64,000 bases of DNA from Clostridia bacterium (GCA_045654805.1 JAZOOD010000029.1:2364-66363), one strand, 5' to 3'. Counted from the first letter of the stretch, positions 47,088-57,531 are shown. Notes: generated by a model not told the origin, from the sequence alone. Numbers and translations: made by a program.

Positions 47088-47243
47088 TTTCAACAAATTC
47101 CAATTTGTCTAACAGGCAGATAGAAAAGCTATTCTTTTAGTCAATTTTAGCTTTATTCTGCCAGTCAATATATTCTTTCGTATATAAAATACTGTTTTCA
47201 GAATGATAATTGTATTTTGTTTTTACAACTCTATAAATAGTAA

Positions 47244-47275
47244 AAAGCGATAAGGCTAATTAACCTTATCGCTTT
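47244..47275 (-). terminator. tsf terminator hairpin
   Basis: aaagcgataagg-ctaattaa-ccttatcgcttt lies 15 nt past the tsf stop. Confidence 0.65.
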
Positions 47276-47289
47276 AATTATTTGTTTTA

Positions 47290-48186
47290 TTATTTAATCA
47301 TATTTGCAACTTCTGATGCAAAATCGTCTTCCTTCTTTTCAAGACCTTCACCTTTTTCAAAACGAGCGAAGTCAACCAATTTAACACCCTTTGATGCAAG
47401 ATATTTTTCTACTGTGAAGTTAGAATCTTTAACGAATTCCTGCTGATTCAAGCAATTCTGTTCATAAAACTTATTAACCTTACCGATAAGCATTTTTTCC
47501 AAAATGTTTTCAGGCTTGTTAGCGTTTTTAGGATCTTCCTTCATCTGAGCAAGAATGAAGTGCTTTTCTTTTTCAAGATCTTCTGCAGGAACAGTAGTCT
47601 TGTCAAGATAAGCAGGATTCATAGCAGCGATCTGCATAGCAGCATCACGAGCAGCTTCTTTAGCTTCGTCATTAAGGTCAGCACATTCAACCTTAACCAT
47701 AACACCGATTCTACCACCCATATGGATGTAGTCGATAACATTACCTTCGAAACGAGCAAATCTTCTAAGATTCATATTCTCGCCGATTTTAGCGATTTTT
47801 TCTGTAATCATATCTTTGATAGTTACAGAACTATCACCTACAAAGTTAGATGCAAGCAAAGCATCAACATCAGCAGGGTTTGTATCAATAACCTGTTTAG
47901 CAATATTCTTAACAAGTTCCTGGAATTCAGCATTCTTAGCAACGAAGTCAGTTTCAGAGTTAACTTCAACCATAGCAGCAACATTACCTTCAACAAGGAT
48001 ATCTACCATACCTTCTGCTGCGATTCTACCAGCTTTCTTTTCAGCAGTAGCAAGACCTTTTTCTCTCAAAAAGTCCATAGCCTTTTCAAAATCGCCGTTT
48101 GTTTCTGTAAGAGCCTTTTTGCAGTCCATCATACCACAACCGGTCTTTTCACGCAAATTTTTAACGTCTGCAGCTGTAAAACTCAT
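47290..48186 (-). CDS. tsf: Translation elongation factor Ts
   Basis: VKNLREKTGCGMMDCKKAL... Confidence 0.95.
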   Translation of the reverse strand: MSFTAADVKNLREKTGCGMMDCKKALTETNGDFEKAMDFLREKGLATAEKKAGRIAAEGMVDILVEGNVAAMVEVNSETDFVAKNAEFQELVKNIAKQVIDTNPADVDALLASNFVGDSSVTIKDMITEKIAKIGENMNLRRFARFEGNVIDYIHMGGRIGVMVKVECADLNDEAKEAARDAAMQIAAMNPAYLDKTTVPAEDLEKEKHFILAQMKEDPKNANKPENILEKMLIGKVNKFYEQNCLNQQEFVKDSNFTVEKYLASKGVKLVDFARFEKGEGLEKKEDDFASEVANMIK

Positions 48187-48226
48187 ATTTAAAGTCTCCT
48201 TATCTTAAAATTTAGTAAATGACAAA

Positions 48227-48970
48227 TTATTCAGCATCTGTAGCTTCTACTTCGTCTTCTTTGTCATCTTCAACAGCAGCCATTGATTCGCCCTGCTTAG
48301 CTTCCAATACAGCGTTAGCAATGCATTCAACGATCAACTTAACTGCTCTGATAGCGTCATCGTTACCAGGGATAACGTAATCAACTTCTTCAGGGTCACA
48401 GTTTGTATCAACAATTGCTACAACAGGAATGTTAAGTCTCTTAGCTTCTGCAATAGCTATCTTTTCCTTACGTGGGTCAACAACGAACATCGCTCCAGGC
48501 ATATTCTTCATTTCTTTAATGCCACCGAAGTTCTTTTCAAGCTTTTCCATTTCCTTTCTAAGCTTCATAACTTCTTTCTTAGGCAAAAGTTCGAATGTAC
48601 CGTCTTCTTCCATTTTCTGCAACTGGTAAAGACGATCAATACTCTTTCTGATAGTTTTAAAGTTTGTAAGCATACCGCCCAACCAACGGTTATTTACATA
48701 ATACATACCAACTCTTTTAGCTTCGTCTGTAATAGCTTCCTGAGCCTGTTTCTTTGTACCTACGAACAAGATGTTTTTACCATCCAAAGCCACATCTCTG
48801 ATGAAAGCATAAGCTTCCTCAATCTTCTTTGCGGTTTTCTGCAAATCGATGATGTAGATACCGTTTCTTTCTGTGAAAATGTACTCCGCCATTTTCGGAT
48901 TCCATCTGCGAGTCTGGTGACCAAAATGCACACCAGCTTCAAGCAGTTGTTTCATTGAAATTACTGCCAT
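48227..48970 (-). CDS. rpsB: 30S ribosomal protein S2
   Basis: [27 protein letters not shown]. The start is at 48970 behind AAGGAGG. The track extension is unsupported. Confidence 0.95.
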   Translation of the reverse strand: MAVISMKQLLEAGVHFGHQTRRWNPKMAEYIFTERNGIYIIDLQKTAKKIEEAYAFIRDVALDGKNILFVGTKKQAQEAITDEAKRVGMYYVNNRWLGGMLTNFKTIRKSIDRLYQLQKMEEDGTFELLPKKEVMKLRKEMEKLEKNFGGIKEMKNMPGAMFVVDPRKEKIAIAEAKRLNIPVVAIVDTNCDPEEVDYVIPGNDDAIRAVKLIVECIANAVLEAKQGESMAAVEDDKEDEVEATDAE

Positions 48971-49090
48971 TTTTATTTTCCTCCTTGTTTTTATACCTCC
49001 GCACAACTTCATTTTCATGCACAACCCATAGGGCAACCGCACACAAATCTGTCGTACGTGTGTATTTTTAGCTGTTTTTACAGCTTGAAT

Positions 49091-49119
49091 ATTATATCAC
49101 ATATTCTCTATAATTGCAA
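49091..49119 (-). promoter_or_regulatory. rpsB promoter (TTGCAA-17-TGaTATAAT), partly inside the trmFO 3' end
   Basis: The minus strand reads ttgcaa ttatagagaatatgtga tataat. The trmFO TGA stop forms the extended -10 TG. Confidence 0.6.
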
Positions 49120-50383
49120 GAGCTTTTTTAGAAATTTTTTCATATCTTTCTTTTTTATTTTTAATACGCTCATCTAAAGATGGCAAAAGCCCAAAATTAA
49201 TGTTCATTGGCTGAAAATTTTTGCCGGAATATTCGGAAATATATGTCGCCAATGCTCCATGAGCGGTGGCTCGGTCAAAAGTTACTTTTTCTTTACCCAA
49301 TGCCTTCATCGCTGCATTAATCCCCGCCACCAGACCGCTTGACGCACTTTCTACATATCCCTCAACCCCTGTTATTTGTCCGGCAAAGAAAACATTGGGA
49401 TATTTTTTCATATTATAAGTTGCATCAAGTAAATTCGGCGAATTTATATAAGTGTTTCTGTGCATTACTCCATAACGTGCAAAGCTGGCGTTTTCAAGTC
49501 CCGGTATCATTCCAAAAACTCTCTTTTGCTCAGGGAATTTTAAATGAGTCTGAAAACCCACAATATTATACATTGTGCCTTCGGCATTATCCTGACGGAG
49601 CTGAACAACCGCATAATTTTTTGTTCCATCGGGTCTATCAAGACCAACTGGCTTTAACGGACCAAAAACCAAAGTGTCCCTACCTCGTTTTGCCATAACT
49701 TCGACAGGCATACAGCCTTCAAAAACATTATTTTCAAACTCCTTAAGCTCAGCAGTTTCTGCATTTACAAGCTCCGTCCAGAATGCTTCGTACTGCTCCT
49801 TGTTCATAGGACAGTTTATATAATCATCCCCACCCTTGCCGTACCTTGCTGCTTTATAGGTTATGTCGTGGTCAATGCTATCATACATAATAATGGGTGC
49901 AGCTGCATCAAAGAAATGAAGATACTCCTCACCCTCCGTGAGTCTTGTGATTTCATCAATAAGTGCATCAGAAGTTAACGGTCCGGTAGCTATAACCACA
50001 ATGCCTTCTGGAATTTTGGAAACTTCCTCTGAAAGTACAAGATCAATGTTTTCGTGATTCTTGATTTTTTCAGTAATCATATTCGAAAAGCCTTGTCTGT
50101 CTACAGCCAACGCACCACCTGCAGGAACTTTTGTTGCATCTGCACATTCCATAATCAATGAACCTAAAAGACGCATTTCTTCTTTTAACAAACCAACAGC
50201 ATTTGTAATGCCATCTGCACGTAATGAATTGCTGCATACAAGTTCACCAAGACTGTCATTTTTATGGGCAGGTGATTTTTTGTTAGGTTTCATATCTATA
50301 AGTTTAACTTTTACCCCTCTGTTTGCAATCTGCCATGCAGCCTCACATCCTGCAAGACCCGCGCCTATAACAGTTACCATCAT
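49097..50383 (-). CDS. trmFO: Methylenetetrahydrofolate--tRNA-(uracil54-C5)-methyltransferase TrmFO
   Basis: [18 protein letters not shown]... 428 aa. Its start overlaps the topA stop (ATGA-type overlap). Confidence 0.9.
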   Translation of the reverse strand: MMVTVIGAGLAGCEAAWQIANRGVKVKLIDMKPNKKSPAHKNDSLGELVCSNSLRADGITNAVGLLKEEMRLLGSLIMECADATKVPAGGALAVDRQGFSNMITEKIKNHENIDLVLSEEVSKIPEGIVVIATGPLTSDALIDEITRLTEGEEYLHFFDAAAPIIMYDSIDHDITYKAARYGKGGDDYINCPMNKEQYEAFWTELVNAETAELKEFENNVFEGCMPVEVMAKRGRDTLVFGPLKPVGLDRPDGTKNYAVVQLRQDNAEGTMYNIVGFQTHLKFPEQKRVFGMIPGLENASFARYGVMHRNTYINSPNLLDATYNMKKYPNVFFAGQITGVEGYVESASSGLVAGINAAMKALGKEKVTFDRATAHGALATYISEYSGKNFQPMNINFGLLPSLDERIKNKKERYEKISKKALAIIENM

Positions 50384-52470
50384 TTGCTCTTTTTCTCCTT
50401 ATTTTCTTCGTATCCGCATTTTTCATCGGCACAATAAATTCTCTTCTTGCCTCTGAATTTGTTTTCCAGTAAAAGACCGCCACATTTGGGACATTCCTGT
50501 GTAAGAGGCATATCCCATGTCATAAATTCACATTCTGGGTTTTTCTCACAGCCATAATACGTCTTTCCTTTTTTAGATTTTTTAATTAAAAGTTTACCAC
50601 CGCATTTCGGGCAATTGGCACCTGATTCCTTCGTAATCGCCTTTGCGTTACGACATTCAGGGAATCCGGGACAAGCTAGAAACTTACCATAGCGTCCCAT
50701 TTTATAAACCATCATCCTACCGCATTTTTCACATGGAACATCAGATACTTCGTCTTCTATCTTTATTTTGCCAATTGCATCCTCTGCAACCTTAAGGGTG
50801 TGTTCAAAAGGTCCATAAAATTCAGATACAATTTTAACCCAATCGTTTTTGCCATCTTCTACATCATCAAGCTTTTCTTCCATATTTGCGGTAAATTCAA
50901 CATCCACAATATCTTTAAAATATTCAATCATAAGGTCCGTTATAACAGTGCCAAGCTCTGTGGGATGCAAAACCTTTCCTTTACGGGAGATATAATTTCG
51001 TGAAAGAATAGTGGTGATGGTAGGCGCATAGGTACTTGGACGGCCTATACCGTCTTCTTCCATAGCTTTGATAAGCGAGGCTTCAGTATATCTTGCGGGA
51101 TGCTCGGTAAAGTGTTGAGATTCCTCAAGCTTTGAAAGCTTAAGCGCCTCCCCCTTCATAAGCTGTGGTAATGCACCATCATCGTCCTCCTTGGTTTCCT
51201 TACTTTCAACGTATATCTTCATAAAACCAGGGAATTTAATTGTTGAACCGTTAGCCTTAAAAATGTAATCTGAAACATTTATATCCACTGAAACTGTATC
51301 AAAAACTGCAGAAGCCATCTGACTTGCAACAAATCTTTCCCATATAAGCTTATAAACCTTATAAAGGTCTGGTGTAAGGCTATCCTTAACCTGCTCTGGT
51401 GTTATTGAAATATCCGAAGGTCTTATAGCTTCGTGAGCATCCTGAGCAGATTTTTTTGTTTTGTAGACACGCGGCTTTTCTGGGGCATATTCGTCGCCAA
51501 ATACTGATTTAATATAGCTAAAGGCAGTGGCTTTTGCCTCATCAGAAATTCGAAGAGAATCTGTTCTCATATAGGTAATAAGCCCGATTGTTCCCTTACC
51601 CTTTACATCAACGCCTTCGTAAAGTTGCTGTGCAGCCTGCATTGTACGACGTGAAGTAAAATTAAGCTTACGGGATGCCTCCTGTTGCAACGTACTTGTA
51701 GTAAATGGAGGTGCAGGATTACGTGTCTTTGTCTTTGCTTCTACATTATTTACGATAAAATCTGCACCATCAATTTTATTGAGTATTTCTCTTACCTGAA
51801 GTTCGTTGGTAAGCTCAATTTTCCCATTTGTATCACCATAAAAATGTGCATTAAACTTTTTACGGTCACCATTTTTACTAAGTTTTGTATCAATTCGCCA
51901 ATATTCCTGGGGAATAAATGCCTCTATTTCCCTTTCGCGGTCTACAACCAGACGTGTAGCAACAGATTGCACACGACCCGCACTAAGCCCTTTTTTGACT
52001 TTTTTCCATAAGAGAGGGCTTATTTTATAACCCACAATACGATCAAGGACTCTGCGCGCCTGCTGAGCATCAACAAGGTCCTTGTCAATGGCCCTTGGGT
52101 TTTTAACCGCATTTTGTATAGCTGTTTTGGTAATTTCATTAAAAGTTATTCTTTGAATGTTTTTATCCTCAATTTCCAAGGCAGATGCAAGATGCCATGA
52201 AATAGCCTCCCCTTCACGGTCAGGGTCGGTTGCAAGAAAAACTTTCTTCGCTGCCTTTGCTTCCTTTTTTAGTTTAAAAAGCAAATCACCCTTACCTCGT
52301 ATGGTAATATATTTCGGTTCAAAATTATTTTCAACGTCAATACCCAACTGACTTTTGGGCAAATCTCTTATGTGTCCGTTAGACGCAAGGACTGTGTAAT
52401 TCTTGCCTAAATATTTCTTTATGGTTTTAGCTTTAGCGGGTGATTCCACCACTACAAGATAGTCTGCCAT
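50380..52470 (-). CDS. topA: DNA topoisomerase I
   Basis: [22 protein letters not shown] (Toprim), the active-site region YMRTDS and C-terminal CxxC zinc fingers. The start is at 52470 behind GGAGG. Confidence 0.95.
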   Translation of the reverse strand: MADYLVVVESPAKAKTIKKYLGKNYTVLASNGHIRDLPKSQLGIDVENNFEPKYITIRGKGDLLFKLKKEAKAAKKVFLATDPDREGEAISWHLASALEIEDKNIQRITFNEITKTAIQNAVKNPRAIDKDLVDAQQARRVLDRIVGYKISPLLWKKVKKGLSAGRVQSVATRLVVDREREIEAFIPQEYWRIDTKLSKNGDRKKFNAHFYGDTNGKIELTNELQVREILNKIDGADFIVNNVEAKTKTRNPAPPFTTSTLQQEASRKLNFTSRRTMQAAQQLYEGVDVKGKGTIGLITYMRTDSLRISDEAKATAFSYIKSVFGDEYAPEKPRVYKTKKSAQDAHEAIRPSDISITPEQVKDSLTPDLYKVYKLIWERFVASQMASAVFDTVSVDINVSDYIFKANGSTIKFPGFMKIYVESKETKEDDDGALPQLMKGEALKLSKLEESQHFTEHPARYTEASLIKAMEEDGIGRPSTYAPTITTILSRNYISRKGKVLHPTELGTVITDLMIEYFKDIVDVEFTANMEEKLDDVEDGKNDWVKIVSEFYGPFEHTLKVAEDAIGKIKIEDEVSDVPCEKCGRMMVYKMGRYGKFLACPGFPECRNAKAITKESGANCPKCGGKLLIKKSKKGKTYYGCEKNPECEFMTWDMPLTQECPKCGGLLLENKFRGKKRIYCADEKCGYEENKEKKSK

Positions 52471-52490
52471 AGAGTCCTCCGTTTCTGCCT

Positions 52491-53606
52491 TTAAAGGCTT
52501 AAAATATATTGTTTGCCGGGCAACTGCTTTACTGTTCCCGAAAGTTCCAACATAAATAGGCATTGATTGGCAACTGCAATTTCAACGCCTGATTTAAAAC
52601 AAATTTCATCAATATGCATAGGGGTATTACTATCAAGCACCTCTGCAATCCTTCTCTGATCTTCAGAAAGTTTGCCAAAAACCAAATTCATTCTTTCCTG
52701 ATTATCTTCCATATAATTTTCTGTATTTTCTTCAACCAACATATACCCCAAATCAGCAATAATGTCATCTGCAGAAGTTATAAGTCTTGCACCCTCCCTT
52801 ATAAGGGTGTGTGAAGCCATGCTTAAAGGATTATCCGCATTTCCGGGCAGGCAAAACACCTCTTTGCCCTGGTCTTTAGCAAGATTTGCAGTTATAGTAG
52901 ACCCACTTGAAGCCTTGCCTTCCACAACAAGAACAGATTGCGACATACCGCTGACTATTCTGTTACGAACAGGAAAATGTGTGGGTAAAGGTGCTGTACC
53001 GGGTGGAAATTCAGAAATAACCGCACCATTCTGTTCTATAAGGGTTTTAATTGCACCATTTTCAGGTGGATACACAACATCTACACCACACCCCAAAACA
53101 GCAATGGTTAATGCCCCTGCCTTAATAGCACCCCTGTGAGCACAGGTGTCTATACCCCTTGCCATACCACTGACAACGATAAATCCTCTGTTAGCCAATC
53201 CTTCAGCAATTTTCTCTGCCATTTTTGTACCATAATTACTTGGCCTGCGTGAACCCACAATGCCTATTGTGGGAATACTTTTGACATCAGGAAAACTTCC
53301 TTTTACATATAGAAGTATCGGTGGATCTGAAATATTCTTCAATTGTTCGGGATATTTATCATCATAAATTGTAAGCAAGTCTATGTTCAAGGTCTCACAT
53401 TTCGCCATAATTTCCTTGGCATGCGAAAGACTTTTGTTGCATAATTTTTCTATATGCTTTTGGGATATACCCTCTATTAAAGCAAATTCTTCTGGGTTTG
53501 CATTATATATTGCCTCAAAAGAAGTGTAATATTCACACAGCATAGAGGAAATCCTGCTGCCTGCACCAAATACTTCCGAAAGCCATATTGCATAAATTAA
53601 TTCCAT
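52491..53606 (-). CDS. dprA: DNA-processing protein DprA (Smf)
   Basis: GIVGSRRPSNYG...VVSGMARGIDTCAHRGAI. Confidence 0.9.
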   Translation of the reverse strand: MELIYAIWLSEVFGAGSRISSMLCEYYTSFEAIYNANPEEFALIEGISQKHIEKLCNKSLSHAKEIMAKCETLNIDLLTIYDDKYPEQLKNISDPPILLYVKGSFPDVKSIPTIGIVGSRRPSNYGTKMAEKIAEGLANRGFIVVSGMARGIDTCAHRGAIKAGALTIAVLGCGVDVVYPPENGAIKTLIEQNGAVISEFPPGTAPLPTHFPVRNRIVSGMSQSVLVVEGKASSGSTITANLAKDQGKEVFCLPGNADNPLSMASHTLIREGARLITSADDIIADLGYMLVEENTENYMEDNQERMNLVFGKLSEDQRRIAEVLDSNTPMHIDEICFKSGVEIAVANQCLFMLELSGTVKQLPGKQYILSL

Positions 53607-53619
53607 ATATATACTCCGA

Positions 53620-54372
53620 TTACTTAATTCTTTTCTGTCTAAATATTTCGTACATAACTATACTTCCTGCCACAGCAGCATTTAAAGATTCCGAATTGCC
53701 ACACATGGGTATCAAAGTGCGTATCTGTGCCAATTCTACAATCTCATTGCTTATTCCTCGGGCTTCATTACCTACGACCACAGCAGTTTTTTTCGGAAAT
53801 GTTATATTATACAAATCCTCAGAACCGTCTAATACAGTAGCAACCAATGAATAATCTCCAAGATGCTCTCTTATGTCCTGCACTTGTGCAAAATACACGG
53901 GCATCCTGAAAATTGAACCCATTGTTGCCCTAACAACTTTAGGACTATACGGATCTACCGTACCCTTTAAAAGTACAACTCCACTTATGCCACTGCATTC
54001 CGCAGTACGTATAAGTGTACCTAAATTACCAGGGTCGGAAACTCCGTCACAAACCAAAAGTGTATCGCCAGAAATCTCTTTCATACAATTATCAGTCATT
54101 TTACATACCGCAAGTATACCTTGAGTGGTTTCCGTATCGGAAAGTGCAGAAAACATTTTCTCACTTACTCTGTATACAGGCAAATCGTACTCTGTACACA
54201 CATAACCATGAGATACAAAAATGCATTCCGCTACCCCAGACTCCACAGCATCCTTTACAATGCGCTGACCTTCCGCAATAAATAATCCGGTTTTGGTACG
54301 TTCAGAACGATTCAAGAGCTTCTTGGTCTGTTTATATATTTTATTTTCTGTTGAAGTAATATCTTTAATCAT
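53620..54372 (-). CDS. TrmH/SpoU family RNA 2'-O-methyltransferase (RlmB-like)
   Basis: DPGNLGTLIRTAECSG...VVGNEARGIS...IPM.G..ESLNAAVA. Confidence 0.8.
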   Translation of the reverse strand: MIKDITSTENKIYKQTKKLLNRSERTKTGLFIAEGQRIVKDAVESGVAECIFVSHGYVCTEYDLPVYRVSEKMFSALSDTETTQGILAVCKMTDNCMKEISGDTLLVCDGVSDPGNLGTLIRTAECSGISGVVLLKGTVDPYSPKVVRATMGSIFRMPVYFAQVQDIREHLGDYSLVATVLDGSEDLYNITFPKKTAVVVGNEARGISNEIVELAQIRTLIPMCGNSESLNAAVAGSIVMYEIFRQKRIK

Positions 54373-54478
54373 ATCTCTTATTTATCAGCATTATAGCTCT
54401 TCCCAACAGTAATTTACCAAATAATTCATGTATGAATATAGCAAATGGGGACGCATAAGGCGACCCCAATTAAAAACA

Positions 54479-54835
54479 TTATTTTCTTGCAGCTTTAGCT
54501 GTTTCTACCAACGCTGTAAAAGCTGCAGCATCTGATACTGCGATTTCTGCAAGCATTTTTCTGTTAATGCTGATTCCAGCTTTTTTAAGACCGTTCATCA
54601 TTGTGCTGTAGTTCATACCGTTAGCACGTGCAGCCGCATTGATACGAGCAATCCACAACTGACGGAAATCTCTCTTTTTAAGCTTTCTGCCAATATAAGC
54701 ATTGGACATAGCCTTCATAACCGCTTCGTTAGCAGTTCTAAACAAACGGCTTCTTCCGCCTCTATAACCTTTTGCAAGCTTTAATATTTTTTTATGTCTT
54801 TTTCTGGTGTGCATAGCACCTTTAATTCTAGCCAT
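54479..54835 (-). CDS. rplT: 50S ribosomal protein L20
   Basis: [26 protein letters not shown]. Confidence 0.95.
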   Translation of the reverse strand: MARIKGAMHTRKRHKKILKLAKGYRGGRSRLFRTANEAVMKAMSNAYIGRKLKKRDFRQLWIARINAAARANGMNYSTMMNGLKKAGISINRKMLAEIAVSDAAAFTALVETAKAARK

Positions 54836-54865
54836 TTAATTTTACCTCCTACGCTTTATCGAATA

Positions 54866-55066
54866 TTATTTGTATGGGATTAATTTCTTGATAACTGCTG
54901 CATTTGAATCATGGCAGTAAGCAGCCTTTCTAAGGCCTCTTTTTCTCTTTGTTGTCTTTTTGTTCAAAATATGGCTTCTGAACGCAGAACCTCTTTTTAC
55001 TTTTCCGGTTGCTGTAAGCTTAAATCTCTTAGCAGCACCCTTGTGTGTTTTTATTTTATTAGCCAT
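54866..55066 (-). CDS. rpmI: 50S ribosomal protein L35
   Basis: [21 protein letters not shown]. Confidence 0.95.
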   Translation of the reverse strand: MANKIKTHKGAAKRFKLTATGKVKRGSAFRSHILNKKTTKRKRGLRKAAYCHDSNAAVIKKLIPYK

Positions 55067-55105
55067 AAAGCAATTCTCCTTTCGTATTCGCTTTAAATTT
55101 ATTAT

Positions 55106-55618
55106 TTATGCACCTTTTGGTGAAATAAACATAGACATATTTCTGCCTTCCATTTTTGGTTGCTTATCAACTGTACCAACATCTTCAACTTCATCTTTAA
55201 ATCTGATTAAGATATCCTCGCCAAGTGATGCGTGTGTTACTTCTCTTCCGCGGAAACGTACTGTAACCTTAACCTTATTACCGCTCTTTAAAAACTTTTT
55301 AGCATTGTTAACCTTTGTGAAGAAATCATGATCGTCAATATTAGGAGTAAGTCTTACCTCTTTTGTGTCAACAACCTTTTGGTTTTTACGCTGTTCCTTC
55401 TCTTTCTTTGCCGCTTCAAAACGGAATTTGCCATAGTCCATAATCTTACATACAGGCGGAACCGCATTAGGAGCAATCATAACAAGGTCAAGATTCTTTT
55501 CAGCCGCCATATCCAAAGCCTGCTGTGAAGAAACAATACCTAGCTGTTCGCCATTGTCGCCTATAAGACGTACTTCCTTCTCCCTGATTTTTTCATTAAT
55601 AACATGTTCTTTACTGAT
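55106..55618 (-). CDS. infC: Translation initiation factor IF-3, with a non-AUG start
   Basis: (I)SKEHVINEKIREKEVRLIGDNGEQLGIV matches the IF-3 N-terminus. The only well-spaced start is ATC at 55618 (GGGGGTG plus 6 nt). GTG at 55627 is the alternative. The track ATG at 55666 lies inside a terminator stem. Confidence 0.85.
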   Translation of the reverse strand: MSKEHVINEKIREKEVRLIGDNGEQLGIVSSQQALDMAAEKNLDLVMIAPNAVPPVCKIMDYGKFRFEAAKKEKEQRKNQKVVDTKEVRLTPNIDDHDFFTKVNNAKKFLKSGNKVKVTVRFRGREVTHASLGEDILIRFKDEVEDVGTVDKQPKMEGRNMSMFISPKGA

Positions 55619-55624
55619 AACATG

Positions 55625-55791
55625 CACCCCCAAAAATAGAAAAGTGGATAGCACCAAGCTATCCACTCATATATCATAAAACTGATATTAACAATTTTAC
55701 AACCCAGTCAACCCGATTGTCGAAAAGGTGAGAAAGTTGGATAACTTCTGCTTTGCCTAAATAGATTAACACATTTTTTTTGCCTTGTCAA
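55625..55791 (-). promoter_or_regulatory. infC-rpmI-rplT promoter plus an L20-leader-like attenuator
   Basis: The minus strand carries TTGACA-17-TGtTAATCT (55763..55791). About 90 nt of leader follows, then the hairpin agtggatagc-uuggu-gcuauccacu (55643..55667) and a U-run immediately before the infC SD. Confidence 0.6.
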
Positions 55792-55876
55792 GAGTTTTTT
55801 GTTTTTTTAATTAAAGTTGCAACAAGAGGTTGATTTGTGGTACAATTAAGAAGAGTTAATTTTATAGAGGTGCCAA

Positions 55877-56329
55877 ATGATTACAATAGAAATAATTGCC
55901 GTAGGTAAAGTAAAAGAAAAATATTTTACAGCCGCCATAGAAGAATATAGCAAAAGACTTAACAGATACTGCAATTTTAAAATAACACAGGTGAACGATT
56001 TCCCTGATGATAATATGGAAATTCAACGTGAGGCCGATCTTATCATTCCCAAAATAAAGGGTATTTGTGTACCTTTATGCGTGGAAGGAAAACAGCTTTC
56101 CAGCGAAGAACTTGCAGATTTTATAAACAAGATGTCCGTGGAAGGTAATTCTCACATATGCTTCATTATTGGAGGTTCAAAAGGATTAGATGACAAAATA
56201 AAAAGTAAGGGAAAATTAAAACTTTCTTTTTCTAAAATGACCTTTCCTCACCAGCTTATGAGAGTAATTTTGTCAGAACAAATTTACAGAGCATTTAAAA
56301 TTTTAAACAACGAAAATTATCATAAATAA
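55877..56329 (+). CDS. rlmH: 23S rRNA (pseudouridine1915-N3)-methyltransferase RlmH
   Basis: IEIIAVGKVKEKYFTAAIEEYSKRL...FIIGGSKGL...SFSKMTFPHQLMRVIL.EQIYRA. Confidence 0.9.
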   Translation: MITIEIIAVGKVKEKYFTAAIEEYSKRLNRYCNFKITQVNDFPDDNMEIQREADLIIPKIKGICVPLCVEGKQLSSEELADFINKMSVEGNSHICFIIGGSKGLDDKIKSKGKLKLSFSKMTFPHQLMRVILSEQIYRAFKILNNENYHK

Positions 56330-56498
56330 CCCCCGTTGACAAAGCAAAACCTTAAAAATAGTTTAATGAAACTATTGACTTATAACAACCACATGTTATA
56401 ATAGCGTTAAAATGCGAAATATTTATAAAGTCTATGAAGTTAGAATATAAATTCTATTAATTAATAAGAGAATTAACAAGCAGAAACGAGGAATAATA

Positions 56499-57398
56499 AT
56501 GAAAGATAAAATTGCTGTTGCATTAACAGATAATGCGGCATTGAGAGTTTATGCAGCAGTTACTACAAACTTGGTAACAGAAGCACACAAAATACACAAC
56601 ACCCTACCATTGGCTACGGCTGCATTAGGCAGAACATTGACTGCAGGTGCCATGATGGGTGCTATGCAAAAGGATGACAACGTATCACTTACCGTACAGT
56701 TTAAAGGTAACGGACCTTTGGGCACATTGGTGGTTGTAGCAAATTCCAAAGGTGAAGTACGAGGTTATGTACAAAACCCTGGAGCCGACCTTCCCTTGCG
56801 CCCTGACGGAAAAATAGATGTAGGTAATGGGATAGGCAAAAGCGGTTACGTAAGCGTTATCCGCGATATGGGTAAAGGAACTCAACCATATATTGGGCAA
56901 GTGGAAATTACAACCGGTGAAATTGCTGAGGATTTAACATATTACTATGCCACAAGTGAACAGACTCCTACCGCAATATCCTTAGGAGTACTTGTAGACA
57001 GGGATTATACACCAAAAGCGGCTGGTGGATATGTAATACAGATGATGCCGGGCTGGAGTCCCGAGGACGAGCAAATAATTACGGCGATTGAAAAAAAGTT
57101 AGGTGAAATACCTCCTGTAAGTACCATGGTTGACAGAGGTTATACACCTGAACAAATTATAGCGGAAATTTTGGGTGATGAAATACCATACCATATTCTA
57201 AAAGAAGAAATTCCTTCATATAAATGTAATTGTAACCGCAAAAGGGTGGAGTCTGCACTTATATCCATAGGCAGAAAGGAACTTACTTCTTTGATGGAGG
57301 ACGACCACGGAACAGAAGTAAATTGCAATTTTTGTGATAAAGTTTACAAATTCTCCACACAAGATATTGAGGAGCTTTTGAAAAAATGTACTAAATAA
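56499..57398 (+). CDS. hslO: Hsp33 family redox-regulated chaperone
   Basis: The C-terminal zinc centre is CNCNRKRV...CNFCDKVYKF. The N-terminal domain is typical of Hsp33. Confidence 0.9.
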   Translation: MKDKIAVALTDNAALRVYAAVTTNLVTEAHKIHNTLPLATAALGRTLTAGAMMGAMQKDDNVSLTVQFKGNGPLGTLVVVANSKGEVRGYVQNPGADLPLRPDGKIDVGNGIGKSGYVSVIRDMGKGTQPYIGQVEITTGEIAEDLTYYYATSEQTPTAISLGVLVDRDYTPKAAGGYVIQMMPGWSPEDEQIITAIEKKLGEIPPVSTMVDRGYTPEQIIAEILGDEIPYHILKEEIPSYKCNCNRKRVESALISIGRKELTSLMEDDHGTEVNCNFCDKVYKFSTQDIEELLKKCTK

Positions 57399-57450
57399 AG
57401 TGCTTTTTTATATGTAACTGAAAAAAATCAAAATTTTCTTAAAAAAATGC

Positions 57451-57479
57451 TTGACATTTAAGTTTTGTTGCAGTATAAT
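57451..57479 (+). promoter_or_regulatory. Perfect consensus promoter TTGACA-17-TATAAT for the tRNA cluster
   Basis: Both hexamers are exact with a 17-nt spacer, about 50 nt upstream of tRNA-Asp. Confidence 0.75.
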
Positions 57480-57531
57480 AGATTGTGCTGACGGGTTGAG
57501 TAATGAGTTTGTCCCGTAGTTAATAATAGTT

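Noticed and set aside
47088-47243. Long imperfect hairpin ggcaga...aaaagcta...tagcttt...tctgcc after the NUDIX gene.
   Set aside because: The stem is interrupted and AT-rich, with no U-tract. It is most simply a weak terminator or stabiliser for the NUDIX transcript. There is nothing to suggest a distinct element.
47560-48192. Long antisense ORFs of 210 aa and 130 aa opposite tsf. Similar cases lie opposite other genes: 32176..32721 (mnmE), 11857..12357 (the ATPase), 1514..2014 (the hydrogenase), 16059..16514 (MATE), 59402..59866 (the ygjV-like gene) and 30240..30629 (yidC).
   Set aside because: Each lies wholly inside a confidently identified gene on the other strand. All have low-complexity or Ser/Ile/Phe-rich composition typical of antisense frames, and none has an SD. 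They are shadow ORFs.
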